Source: Deltaproteobacteria bacterium (lineage in GTDB: Bacteria; Desulfobacterota; GWC2-55-46; JAJCZF01). Taken from it: a stretch of DNA of 64,000 nucleotides. The number at the start of each line of letters is the position of its first letter. The stretch's first letter is position 1. This document shows, piece after piece, positions 45,738-54,675 of this stretch. A program made the translations under genes and the position numbers. The DNA is taken from positions 3,378-67,377 of the forward strand of contig JAJCZG010000119.1 of the NCBI GenBank assembly GCA_029262475.1, in the 5' to 3' direction. The notes below the pieces were generated by a model, which made no database searches, was not told the origin of the DNA, and was given only the letters and a program-made list of their open reading frames with translations.

Positions 45738-45922
45738 TAGCCGCCGTCTTCTTCGCCGTTTCTTGTAAAGATGATAAAGGCCATGGATGGACGCTTTGAG
45801 GAGTCCCTCATGGCGAAGGTCATACCATCGTAGGTCCATCCCTCGCGTACCCGGGTATTAATGGCCCGCTCGATATCCTCGTCGGTTACGGTGCTGAGCT
45901 CTACTACTTTATATTCTATCAT
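45737..45922 (-). CDS. DUF4177-family small protein
   Basis: A 61-aa protein. MIEYKVVEL......REGWTYDGM...FIIFTR has the DUF4177 pattern. It is paired with an RDD protein. Confidence 0.5.
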   Translation of the reverse strand: MIEYKVVELSTVTDEDIERAINTRVREGWTYDGMTFAMRDSSKRPSMAFIIFTRNGEEDGG

Positions 45923-45983
45923 AAGCTGGTAATTCCCCCTCCGGCCATAGTCGCCACGCGACCGGAGAGGGAAGAGGTTTCAC

Positions 45984-46901
45984 CTAGTCCTTCTTATCTT
46001 CCTCGACACTGCTCTGCCATATGGCCCTGCCAACGAAGAAGGGTCCCATCTCTTCAATATAGGTCGAGGTCTGCTTTGTGGAACGCATCCTCTGAACGAG
46101 CGCTGAGAGAGGGAAGAGTTCCTTCCCGATAAGACCTATCACGAAGTCGTTGTCATTTTGATCGAGCCCGTTACTGATAAGCCTTATGTCGCGCCCCAGA
46201 CCCTCACTGCCGAAAGCGCGGCCAATCATGCCGTGCTCCATAAGTATCTCGCCCTGCTCTCTTGGCGGGAGCATTGCAAAAGAGCCTTTTCTCCTAAGCG
46301 GATACCAGACGGCCCACTTCATCTCCGGGTCCATTGTAACCCTGGGGGTACGGTCTATTAGCCAGTCCTTCAGGTTCTGCTCGTGTCCGATGGCGTATGT
46401 GCGGCCAAGCATGGTATACTCGTGCCTTTGCGTAAGGTTTTGGAAAGATGCCTTCTTAAGAAAACGCCTGAGATCGTTTACAAAGAAATCAGGGTCCTCG
46501 CTCATGGTGAGGAGTCCGATTCCGTTTGGATTATTTATGTCGCGGTAGAGCACCGATCCAAAGTTGGCATCTTCTTTAAGTTCATTAACAAGCACACTGG
46601 TATTCGGCGAATTGTCGAATACCAGGAGCTGGACGAATATCCTTCTGTCGAGCACTTGGCGCTTGCCGTCTATAGGGGCACCCTTCTCACTTAAATCTAC
46701 GGAGATATTCTGACCCGCACTACCCGGCCCGCCGGGAATGCCTGCGGGGTGTCCACCGCCCGGTTTAGCCCCAGGTCCACCAGGAATTCCCGCAGGATGT
46801 CCGCCGCCGGTTTTAGGTATTCCCGCGGGGTGTCCGCCGCCAGGTTTAGCGCCGGTTTTAGGTATCCCTGCCGGGTGTCCGCCTTCTTTCTTATCTGTCA
46901 T
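45984..46901 (-). CDS. Chlorite-dismutase-family protein, HemQ-like (coproheme decarboxylase-like), with an N-terminal Gly/His/Pro repeat extension
   Basis: WYPLRRKGSFAMLPPREQGEILMEHGMIGRAFG...FVIGLIGKELFPLSALVQRMRSTKQTSTYIEEMGPFFVGRAI is collinear with Bacillus HemQ [38 protein letters not shown]...FGEFGSFFVGTRL. The N-terminus carries 4 x GGHPAGIP(K/G)xG. Confidence 0.75.
   Translation of the reverse strand: MTDKKEGGHPAGIPKTGAKPGGGHPAGIPKTGGGHPAGIPGGPGAKPGGGHPAGIPGGPGSAGQNISVDLSEKGAPIDGKRQVLDRRIFVQLLVFDNSPNTSVLVNELKEDANFGSVLYRDINNPNGIGLLTMSEDPDFFVNDLRRFLKKASFQNLTQRHEYTMLGRTYAIGHEQNLKDWLIDRTPRVTMDPEMKWAVWYPLRRKGSFAMLPPREQGEILMEHGMIGRAFGSEGLGRDIRLISNGLDQNDNDFVIGLIGKELFPLSALVQRMRSTKQTSTYIEEMGPFFVGRAIWQSSVEEDKKD
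46738..46870 (-). repeat. Imperfect tandem ~33-nt coding repeats (4 units) that encode GGHPAGIPKTG-type repeats at the HemQ-like N-terminus
   Basis: DNA units of the form ggtattcccgcggggtgtccgccgccaggtttagc are visibly reiterated. On the plus strand they appear as the spurious Pro/Gly ORF 46738..46953. Confidence 0.7.
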
Positions 46902-46918
46902 TATCCTTCTCCAGCAAT

Positions 46919-48199
46919 CTAGCCTTTTCCGGCCAGCCGCTTTGCCTTCTTAGCTTCATTTGCCGCTTTAGCGACGTCACTCGGCTGATAGGTACAGAAC
47001 GGCTCTTCATCCATATAGTTTTCAGTGAACGCATAGGCCCTAGCCCTGCATCCGCCGCACGAACTCTTATATTCGCAGTAACCGCACCTGCCGTTATAGT
47101 CGTCCCAGGCGCGCATCTCTTTAAAGACACTCGATGTCTGCCAGATCTTACTAAACGGTTCCTCCCTTATGTCGCCGCAAGGGACGTCAAGGAAGCCGCA
47201 TATCTGTACCACTCCCCTGTGGCCGACGAAGGCAAAGGATTGTCCGCCCATACAGCCCTTGCTCATGGCGTCCAGGCCGTGGGTCTGGGGAGTTACTTTT
47301 ATGCCCTTCTCCTTCTCCTTCTGTCTAAATATTCTATAGTAGTGAGGAGCGCAGGTGGGTTTAAACTGGATCGGAGACTTGTCGCGCATCTCGTAGAACC
47401 AGGTAAGTGTCTTTTCGTAATCCTCGGGGCTTATCTCCTGATCCTTCAGGTTAGCGCCCCTTCCGGTTGGCACGAGGAGGAAGGGGTGATAGGCCTTTGC
47501 GCCGAGCTTTACCACGAGGTCCAGAAGCTCCGGAAGCTCGTGGAGGTTGTGCTTGGTAATGGTGGTATTGACCTGGAAATCAAGGCCGACCTTGTTGGCG
47601 TTATCGATTGCCTTCATGACACTTGCGTAAGCGCCCTTTACGCGCCTGAAATTATCGTGGCTCTCTTCGGTAAGACCGTCGATGGAAAAGCTTACCCTCT
47701 GGATGCCTACGTCTATCATCCTCTGAGCCGTCTCCTCGGTTACGAGGAAGCCGCAAGGGGCCATGACCATCCTCAGCCCGAGATCGGTGCCCCTCTGGGC
47801 GATATCCCAGATGTCGTCGCGGAGCATCGGCTCGCCGCCGGTCATAATCATGATGGGCTTGGCAAAGGAAGCAACATCCTCCATAAAGGTCATACACTCT
47901 TCAGTGTTAAGCTCGTTCGGGTACGGTCCGAAGCGCGCAGCGGCCCGGCAGTGAACGCAGTCGAGGTTACAGCTACGTGTGAGCTCCCAGGCAATAAGCC
48001 TCGGCGTCCAAATCTTTTCTCCCGGCTTCTCACCGGGTCTTCCGCCCGGATGGGCCATCGGGTCGCCCGTGCCGGGATGATTTACCGGATGGTCGCCCGG
48101 ATCTCCTGCTCTCTCTTCCATATCTTCTCCGGCGCCAGGATGGCCGCCCTCTATCATCGGGCCGCTACCTGGGTGCCCAGTTGGTGTATTTCCACTCAT
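46919..48199 (-). CDS. ahbD: Radical SAM / SPASM protein of the NirJ / AhbC-AhbD family (alternative heme biosynthesis), with a His-Pro-Gly-rich N-terminal extension
   Basis: SCNLDCVHC is the CxxxCxxC motif. The C-terminal twitch/SPASM cysteines are ...GRCGYCEYKSSCGGCRARAY... The N-terminal 55 aa read MSGNTPTGHPGSGPMIEGGHPGAGEDM...GDHPVNHPGTGDPMAHPGGRPGEKPGEK. The gene sits in the hem operon. Confidence 0.65.
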   Translation of the reverse strand: MSGNTPTGHPGSGPMIEGGHPGAGEDMEERAGDPGDHPVNHPGTGDPMAHPGGRPGEKPGEKIWTPRLIAWELTRSCNLDCVHCRAAARFGPYPNELNTEECMTFMEDVASFAKPIMIMTGGEPMLRDDIWDIAQRGTDLGLRMVMAPCGFLVTEETAQRMIDVGIQRVSFSIDGLTEESHDNFRRVKGAYASVMKAIDNANKVGLDFQVNTTITKHNLHELPELLDLVVKLGAKAYHPFLLVPTGRGANLKDQEISPEDYEKTLTWFYEMRDKSPIQFKPTCAPHYYRIFRQKEKEKGIKVTPQTHGLDAMSKGCMGGQSFAFVGHRGVVQICGFLDVPCGDIREEPFSKIWQTSSVFKEMRAWDDYNGRCGYCEYKSSCGGCRARAYAFTENYMDEEPFCTYQPSDVAKAANEAKKAKRLAGKG

Positions 48200-48281
48200 A
48201 ATCGTTTCTCCTTAGAAAATAGTTCGTGAAGCACTTGCCCGAAGCCCCGGCCTCTTCAAGAGACGCCTTACCAAAAAGGCT

Positions 48282-49253
48282 CTAGCCAAGCAATTTTGCC
48301 GCTTCCTTTGCGAAATAAGTAATTACGAGATCTGCGCCGGCGCGCTTGATGCCCATAAGGGATTCCATCATAACGCGGTCGCCGTCGATCCAGCCCTTTT
48401 CAGCCGCAGCCTTGACCATTGAAAACTCGCCGCTTACGTTGTACGCCGCTACCGGGTAGCGTGTTTCATCCTTGATTCTTCTAATTATATCGAGATAAGG
48501 GAGCGCGGGTTTTACCATAATAATATCCGCGCCCTCGGAGATATCAAGCAACACTTCCCTTATTGCCTCGTCGGAGTTAGGTGCGTCCATCTGGTAGGTG
48601 CGCCTGTCGCCGAACTCCGGCACAGACTCCGCCGCGTCGCGAAACGGCCCGTAGAAGGCGCTTGCGTACTTGGCCGCATAACTCATGATCGGAATATTTT
48701 GGAAGCCGTTCTCGTCGAGCATCGACCTTATCGCCCCGACACGCCCGTCCATCATATCCGACGGGGCCACCATATCGGCTCCGGCTTCAGCGTGCGAGAG
48801 CGCTTCGGCAGCGAGGAGCGTAAGGGTCGAATCGTTATCGACATCGCCATTTTTTATGATACCACAGTGCCCATGTGAAGTATACTCGCACATACAGACA
48901 TCGGTCACTACGACCATCTCCGGAATGGCCGCCTTTATTGCTCTTACAGAGCGTTGTACAGGCCCATCGGGGTCGAATGCGCTCGAACCTGTCTCGTCCT
49001 TCTCCTCGGGTATGCCGAATAGAATTACAGACGGTATGCCGAGCGACCACGCCTCCTCGGCGTCCTTTACGATATTCTCTACGGATAACTGGTAGTGGCC
49101 CGGCATGGAAGCTATCGGGTTCCTTACCCCCTCGCCGTATATGGCGAATAACGGGAGAATAAAATCGTTTGGAGTAAGCACCGTCTCGCTAAGCATCCTC
49201 CTTAGTGTCGGCGTCCCCCTGAGCCTTCTTAAACGTGTAACCGGGAAATCCAT
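48282..49253 (-). CDS. hemB: Porphobilinogen synthase (delta-aminolevulinate dehydratase)
   Basis: ...RRLRGTPTLRRM... and the metal-site region ...DVCMCEYTSHGHCG... are HemB signatures. Confidence 0.95.
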   Translation of the reverse strand: MDFPVTRLRRLRGTPTLRRMLSETVLTPNDFILPLFAIYGEGVRNPIASMPGHYQLSVENIVKDAEEAWSLGIPSVILFGIPEEKDETGSSAFDPDGPVQRSVRAIKAAIPEMVVVTDVCMCEYTSHGHCGIIKNGDVDNDSTLTLLAAEALSHAEAGADMVAPSDMMDGRVGAIRSMLDENGFQNIPIMSYAAKYASAFYGPFRDAAESVPEFGDRRTYQMDAPNSDEAIREVLLDISEGADIIMVKPALPYLDIIRRIKDETRYPVAAYNVSGEFSMVKAAAEKGWIDGDRVMMESLMGIKRAGADLVITYFAKEAAKLLG

Positions 49254-49255
49254 CT

Positions 49256-50818
49256 CTAAACTTCCTTTCTCATCTCGTCAGTTGAGTAAAAGCGTTCCAT
49301 CTCTTCGGTAAGACCGTCGATGGTATAATTTTTTGGCATGATATCCACAGTAATGCCGAACTCTCTGGCCGTATCTGCCGTAACCGGCCCTATGCAGGCG
49401 ACTTTAGTCCCTTTAAGTATCTCTTTAAGGCTCCTCTTGCCGATGATGCTAACGAAGTTCTTAACCGTACTCGATGAAGTAAATGTCACGACGTCGATAC
49501 CTCCGGCGAGGAACTCTTCCTTTATCTCACTAGCCCGCTTCCTGGGAGCAATAGTTCTGTAGGCATCTACTACGTCAATCTTGCCGCCGTGCTTTTTAAT
49601 CTCTACGGGGATTACATCCCTTGCAACGGCAGCGCGCGGGAGGAGAAATTTCTTTCCCTTTATCCCCTCCTTGGAGAGCGCGTCTATAACCGCTTCGGCG
49701 ATAAACTCCCTCGGCGTCAGGTCAACGCCTATATTTTCGTCCAGTACGGCCCGGGCCGTCATCGGCCCTATGGCGCATATCTTAACGCCCTTTAGCTCCC
49801 TTACGTCTAAGCCAAGCTTCGTTAGCCTCGAAAAGAAATGCTTAACACCGTTAACGCTCGTAAAGAGAATCCAGTCGTATGTTGAAAGGCGTTTTATCAC
49901 TCTATCGAGCCCATTGAAGCTCTCCGGGTCCGTTATCTTTATCGTCGGGAAGCTTACCGGGGCCGCCCCCCGCTCCGATAAAATCTTTAAAAAACTCCCG
50001 GCCTGCTCAAGGGTTCTCGTAACGAGCACGCGCCTTCCGAAGAGCGGTTTCGACTCGAACCAGTTAAGGCGCTCCCGTAGTCTTACTACGCTTCCGATAA
50101 CGATCATCACCGGGGTCTGGACCTTTGCCTTTGTAGCAAGTGTAGCTATCGACTCTACCGGGCCGGTAATCGTCTGCTGCGCGCTGGTGGTGCCGTCGCG
50201 AACGAGCGCTACGGGCGTATCCGGGGCCATGCCGCCGCTCATGAGCTTATCGGCAATTAACTTCAGGTTCCTCCGCCCCATGAGGATAACTATCGTCTCC
50301 GAGGCCGTAGCAAGCGCGCTCCACTCCTCGTCTGTCCTTTTATTTACCGCCCCCCTGTGCCCCGATATTACCGTAACCGAAGAGGAATAGTCCCTGTGTG
50401 TAAGGGATATTCCGGCGTATGCCGGGGCCGCCACGACACTCGTCACGCCGGGGATGACCTCGAAGTCTATGCCGTCGGCTGTGAGCCGTTCGCACTCTTC
50501 AGCGCCCCTGCCGAAGAGGAACGGGTCTCCACCCTTCAGGCGAAGGACAATTTTTCCTTGCCGTGCCTTCCTGGAGAGGAGCTTACTGATTTCAATCTGG
50601 TTTGCGCTCTCGTCGCCGCCGTTCTTGCCGACAAATATCAGCTCGGTGTCTTTGCGGGCGTATTCGAGCAGTTCGTTATTAGCCAGGAGATCGTAGACGA
50701 TACAGTCGGCTCTCTTTAGTGCCTCGACCGCCTTCACCGTAACGAGCCCCGGGTCTCCCGGGCCCGCGCCGGTAATATAAACCTTGCCGGTCTTTTTCTT
50801 GAGAGTCTTCGGCGGCAC
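49256..50818 (-). CDS. cobA: Fused uroporphyrinogen-III C-methyltransferase / uroporphyrinogen-III synthase (CobA-HemD)
   Basis: The N-terminal VYITGAGPGDPGLVTVKAVEALKRADCIVYD is the SUMT motif. The C-terminal ~250 aa are HemD-like. Total length is 520 aa. Confidence 0.9.
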   Translation of the reverse strand: MPPKTLKKKTGKVYITGAGPGDPGLVTVKAVEALKRADCIVYDLLANNELLEYARKDTELIFVGKNGGDESANQIEISKLLSRKARQGKIVLRLKGGDPFLFGRGAEECERLTADGIDFEVIPGVTSVVAAPAYAGISLTHRDYSSSVTVISGHRGAVNKRTDEEWSALATASETIVILMGRRNLKLIADKLMSGGMAPDTPVALVRDGTTSAQQTITGPVESIATLATKAKVQTPVMIVIGSVVRLRERLNWFESKPLFGRRVLVTRTLEQAGSFLKILSERGAAPVSFPTIKITDPESFNGLDRVIKRLSTYDWILFTSVNGVKHFFSRLTKLGLDVRELKGVKICAIGPMTARAVLDENIGVDLTPREFIAEAVIDALSKEGIKGKKFLLPRAAVARDVIPVEIKKHGGKIDVVDAYRTIAPRKRASEIKEEFLAGGIDVVTFTSSSTVKNFVSIIGKRSLKEILKGTKVACIGPVTADTAREFGITVDIMPKNYTIDGLTEEMERFYSTDEMRKEV

Positions 50819-50821
50819 CCT

Positions 50822-51763
50822 CTACTCCGAGGCCGGCTCTACGTCGTAGAGCTCCTTCAGTATCTCGTAGGCTCCGTCTTTAAGAAGCTTCTCCGCAAGG
50901 CATATACCGAGAGGTTCGGCCTCACTGACCTTGCCAGTAACTTTATCCTTAATTATCCTCTCGCCATCGGTGCTGGCGACCAAACCTCTAAGGGTTAGCG
51001 AGTCTCTGTCTACCGTGGCGAATGCGGCTATCGGCACCTGACACCCGCCCTCTAACCTCCTTAGGAGCGCACGTTCTGCCGTGACAGCGGCGTCAGTATC
51101 GGGGTGGTTAAAGAAGGCCGCCATCTCGTTAGTTTCGTCGTCGCCAATGCGCGTCTCTATGCCGAGTGCGCCCTGGCCTATAGCCGGGAGCATCACCTCG
51201 GGGTCGAAGTATTCCGTAATGGATTCACCCCAACCGAGCCTCCTAAGACCTGCTCCGGCGAGGACTATCGCGTCGTAGACACCTTCCTTAGCCTTACGGA
51301 GGCGCGTGTCGATATTCCCGCGTAAATCTTCAATCTTTATATCCGGCCTGAGCGCCAGTATCTGCGACTTCCGCCTGAGGCTTGACGTCCCTATGACCGC
51401 GCCCTGCGGGAGCTCTTTAAAAGACTTATAATCTCTCGATATTAACGCGTCCCTCGGGTCTTCCCTCTCAGTCGTGAAGGCGAGCTTTAAGCCCTCGGGG
51501 AAGAAGGTCGGCACGTCCTTCATGGAGTGGACCGCAAGGTGCGCTTCGTTTGCCAGGAGGGCTTCTTCTATCTCCTTGGTAAAGAGCCCCTTGCCGCCAA
51601 CTTGAGCGAGAGGTACGTCGGTAATTTTATCGCCCGTCGTCTTTATCTTATTTAGTTCGACTTCGACCCCGGGGTATCTCTTTAGTAACTCCGAACGAAC
51701 CCACTCGGCCTGCCAGAGCGCGAGCTGGCTGCCGCGCGTAGCTATAATAATCTTTTTACTCAA
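50822..51763 (-). CDS. hemC: Hydroxymethylbilane synthase (porphobilinogen deaminase)
   Basis: IIIATRGSQLALWQAEWV... and ...HSMKDVP... are HemC signatures. Confidence 0.95.
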   Translation of the reverse strand: MSKKIIIATRGSQLALWQAEWVRSELLKRYPGVEVELNKIKTTGDKITDVPLAQVGGKGLFTKEIEEALLANEAHLAVHSMKDVPTFFPEGLKLAFTTEREDPRDALISRDYKSFKELPQGAVIGTSSLRRKSQILALRPDIKIEDLRGNIDTRLRKAKEGVYDAIVLAGAGLRRLGWGESITEYFDPEVMLPAIGQGALGIETRIGDDETNEMAAFFNHPDTDAAVTAERALLRRLEGGCQVPIAAFATVDRDSLTLRGLVASTDGERIIKDKVTGKVSEAEPLGICLAEKLLKDGAYEILKELYDVEPASE

Positions 51764-51842
51764 TCTCTTGCCGCCTTCCTTGGTTTAATAGTCCGCCGGA
51801 AGCTACTACAAGCTCCGGTGGGCCGCCCGTTGATAAAAACCC

Positions 51843-53150
51843 TTAATCCTCAGAGTTCTGGGCCTTCTTCTGTTTATCCAATTCTTCGCTGAGGTCAAAT
51901 AGTTTCCTCGAAGCCTCGATATAGAAATCCCCGTCCACTGTGTCGGCCTCGCGCTTAAGGTGCTGCACGGGGTTATGGAGTATCTTCTTTATGATAGCCA
52001 CCGTCATGGCGTCTATCGTTTCTCGCTGCTTGTCGGTAAGGTCGTCGTTCATCATGGAGAATGCTTTTTGCATCTCGCTTTTTCTTATATCGTTAAAGCT
52101 ATTTTTTAGCGCGATGATAGTCGGAACGACGTTAAGGGACTTGACCCACTGATAGAATACATCTATCTCCTCGTCGATTATCGTCTCGGCCTCGCCTGCC
52201 TCCTTGGAGCGTTCCTTAAGGTTTGCGTTAACGACATTTTCAAGGTCGTCAACGTCGTAGACGTACGAGCCGTCAACGTTATTAACGAGCGGGTCGATAT
52301 TTCTCGGCACGGAGATATCTATAAAGAACATCGGGGCGTATTTTCTCTCACGCATTACCTCGCGCACCATCTCGGGCTTTATGATAAATTTAGGTGAGGC
52401 GGTCGAAGCCACTACGATATCGACCTCTTTAAGGAAGTGCGGAAACTCGCGAAGCATTATCGCCGTACCGTTAAAAGTCCGCGATAACTCGACCGCGCGC
52501 TCGTAGGTACGGTTGGTGATCATTATTTCTCGTACGCCGGCGTTAAGGAAGTGACGGGCCGCAAGCTCGGCCATCTCACCCGCGCCGATGAGCATGACGG
52601 TCTTCCCGGTGATGTCGCCGAATATCTTCTTGCCTAACTCAACAGCCGCAAAACTTATGGATACCGCCGCGGCCCCTATCCTCGTCTCGGTCCTTATCCT
52701 CTTTGCAACGGAAAAGGTCTTGTGATAGAGCTTATTTAGTACCACTCCGGCGGTATCGAAGTGAACGGCGTTACCGTAGGCGTCCTTTACCTGTCCGAGT
52801 ATCTGCGGCTCTCCGACGACCATGGAGTCGAGCCCTGCGGCCACCCTGAATAGGTGTCTTACGGCGTCTTGACCCTTGTGGACATAGAGGTGCTCGTCTA
52901 GCTCCTCAAGCGGGATCTTGCTGGACTCGGCGAGAAAACGTTTCACCTCCCAGACACCCTTCTCGATATCGCTTGAGACAGCTGAGATCTCGACCCTGTT
53001 ACAGGTAGAGAGTATGACGCACTCGTTAACGCCGTATGAGCCGCAAAGAGCCTTTAAGGAGTCTCCGAGGATTTCATCGGAGTAGGATAGCTTTTCCCTG
53101 ATCTCAACCGTTGCCGATTTATGGTTAAGTCCGACTATTACAAGGTTCAT
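51843..53150 (-). CDS. hemA: Glutamyl-tRNA reductase
   Basis: MNLVIVGLNHKSATVEIRE... has the STCNRVE catalytic Cys motif (…ILSTCNRVEI…), and ...GAGEMAE... is the NADPH-binding region. Confidence 0.95.
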   Translation of the reverse strand: MNLVIVGLNHKSATVEIREKLSYSDEILGDSLKALCGSYGVNECVILSTCNRVEISAVSSDIEKGVWEVKRFLAESSKIPLEELDEHLYVHKGQDAVRHLFRVAAGLDSMVVGEPQILGQVKDAYGNAVHFDTAGVVLNKLYHKTFSVAKRIRTETRIGAAAVSISFAAVELGKKIFGDITGKTVMLIGAGEMAELAARHFLNAGVREIMITNRTYERAVELSRTFNGTAIMLREFPHFLKEVDIVVASTASPKFIIKPEMVREVMRERKYAPMFFIDISVPRNIDPLVNNVDGSYVYDVDDLENVVNANLKERSKEAGEAETIIDEEIDVFYQWVKSLNVVPTIIALKNSFNDIRKSEMQKAFSMMNDDLTDKQRETIDAMTVAIIKKILHNPVQHLKREADTVDGDFYIEASRKLFDLSEELDKQKKAQNSED

Positions 53151-53183
53151 CTAAAAAAAATCCTTTTAAAAAAGACGTAACGT

Positions 53184-54002
53184 TTACCTGAGGAGCCCGT
53201 GAGCCCCACCCGCAAGTATATTAATAATAAAGTACGAGCATATCATCACGCAAAACGCGGCAGTTGACAAAAGCGCCGCCTTTCTCCCCCGCCACCCGAC
53301 TGTAAGCCTGCCGTGGAGGAGAGCCGCGTAGAGGAGCCACTCAATTAGCGAAAAGATCTGGCGGTGCTTCCACTCCCAGTAGTTTCCGGTTGCGTATTCA
53401 CTCCATATCGCGCCGGTTATCATCGCGAGCGTAAGGAGCGTAAACCCGTAGCTTATGCATCTGTATCCAACCTCATCGAGCACCTCTAGTGACGGGAGGA
53501 GAAAATATGTCCCGCCAAGCTTTCGGCTCTTAAGGTAGTGGTTCTGTATCAAATACATAAGCGCAAAGAAGAAGGCCAGCGCAAAGCTCGCATTACCGAG
53601 AAACGCGAGAAGTATATGAAACGGCAGCCAGTAGCTCTCTAGCACCGGCGCAAGAGGCACGATCTCCTTTGGCATAAACGACGCCGTTAAAATAAGCATC
53701 AGCGAAAACGGCGCAACGAACGCCCCCAGGACCGAAAGCCTGTACTTATAGAGGATCACGAAGTAGAGCCCCACCGTGACCCAGGCAAAGAGTATGAGCG
53801 ACTCGTGAAAGCTCGCTGCAGGCGTCCTCCCTGCCTCCATCCAGCGTCCGAGTATCGTTATCGTATTCACCGAGAATGCGCCTATAAGGGCGTACTTCCC
53901 GAAGTCGAGAAGCCTTTCGCGGTGGGTGGTCAGATACCCGAAGTACAAGACCGTCGATACTATATAGACAGCTACCGTTATGTAGAAAAAGATTAAACTC
54001 AT
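53184..54002 (-). CDS. ccsA: Cytochrome c assembly protein CcsA/HemX-like (ResC family)
   Basis: A polytopic protein with ...WLPFHILLAFLGNASFALA... and the ...WSEYATGNYWEWKHRQIFSLIEW... Trp-rich region. The chosen start is the internal ATG at 54002, which avoids a 50-nt overlap with the upstream gene. Confidence 0.7.
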   Translation of the reverse strand: MSLIFFYITVAVYIVSTVLYFGYLTTHRERLLDFGKYALIGAFSVNTITILGRWMEAGRTPAASFHESLILFAWVTVGLYFVILYKYRLSVLGAFVAPFSLMLILTASFMPKEIVPLAPVLESYWLPFHILLAFLGNASFALAFFFALMYLIQNHYLKSRKLGGTYFLLPSLEVLDEVGYRCISYGFTLLTLAMITGAIWSEYATGNYWEWKHRQIFSLIEWLLYAALLHGRLTVGWRGRKAALLSTAAFCVMICSYFIINILAGGAHGLLR

Positions 54003-54006
54003 CTGG

Positions 54007-54675
54007 TTATTTCTTCCAATCGACCCCGAGGCCGGATACGGTGAAACCCTCCCCAAAAAGTCCTTTAAGGAGGCCGTTTACCTTATCCTCCGCCCCGTGA
54101 CGGATCCACCCGAGTGCAGTGGGGGTGAGTAGAGAGTCGTATAATCTTTTCAGTTTAACCTCTTTCTGCTTATCTTTCAATAACTTAATGCGTACTGCCC
54201 CGGCAACTTCCAGGAGCCTTGAGTACTCGGGCCCTATCTCGCCTTCGAGTTCTTCTCTTATATGTTTAGCCAGGTACGGGCTCTTTCCCGAGGTCGATAC
54301 GGCTATCTTAAGCGGGCCGCGCTCTATTACAGAGGGGACCAGAAAGTCGCATCCCTCCGGGTCGTCGGCGATATTTACCGGCATCCCGGCGGCCTTGGCA
54401 ATACCGGCGACCCTCTGATTTACGCTCCTCGTAGAGGAGGCTGCGAATACGAGGAAAGCCCCGTCCATATCATCGGCGGAGAAACGTTTTTGCCTGTGGC
54501 TAATACGTCCCCCGGCGAGAAGCTCCGTAAGCCCCGGCGTAAGCCTCGGGCTTACGACCGTTACCGAAGCCCCGCAACCAACAAGGGAGCGGACCTTTCT
54601 CTCGGCCACCTTCCCGCCACCAACTACGAGGCACGGTCTGCCGTCGACTTCGAAGAAGAGCGGGTAGTAGGACAT
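54007..54675 (-). CDS. sirC: Precorrin-2 dehydrogenase / sirohydrochlorin ferrochelatase (siroheme synthase N-terminal module, SirC/Met8-like)
   Basis: FFEVDGRPCLVVGGGKVAERKVRSLVGCGASVTVVSP is the Rossmann NAD site, followed by ...VNIADDPEGCDFLVPSVIERGPLKIAVSTSGKSP... Confidence 0.85.
   Translation of the reverse strand: MSYYPLFFEVDGRPCLVVGGGKVAERKVRSLVGCGASVTVVSPRLTPGLTELLAGGRISHRQKRFSADDMDGAFLVFAASSTRSVNQRVAGIAKAAGMPVNIADDPEGCDFLVPSVIERGPLKIAVSTSGKSPYLAKHIREELEGEIGPEYSRLLEVAGAVRIKLLKDKQKEVKLKRLYDSLLTPTALGWIRHGAEDKVNGLLKGLFGEGFTVSGLGVDWKK

Noticed and set aside
46738-46953. Pro/Gly/Cys-rich 71-aa ORF (MPAGCPPPGLAPGPPGIPAGCPPP…)
   Set aside because: It is the reverse-complement reading of the GGHPAGIP tandem repeats at the N-terminus of the HemQ-like gene. 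It is a mirror artefact of a coding repeat.
47219-48229. 336-aa plus-strand ORF
   Set aside because: It lies antisense to the radical SAM/SPASM gene, which has CxxxCxxC and SPASM cysteine motifs. The plus frame has no motifs and its composition is skewed by the antisense codons.
49581-50390. 269-aa plus-strand ORF
   Set aside because: It lies antisense to the cobA-hemD fusion gene.
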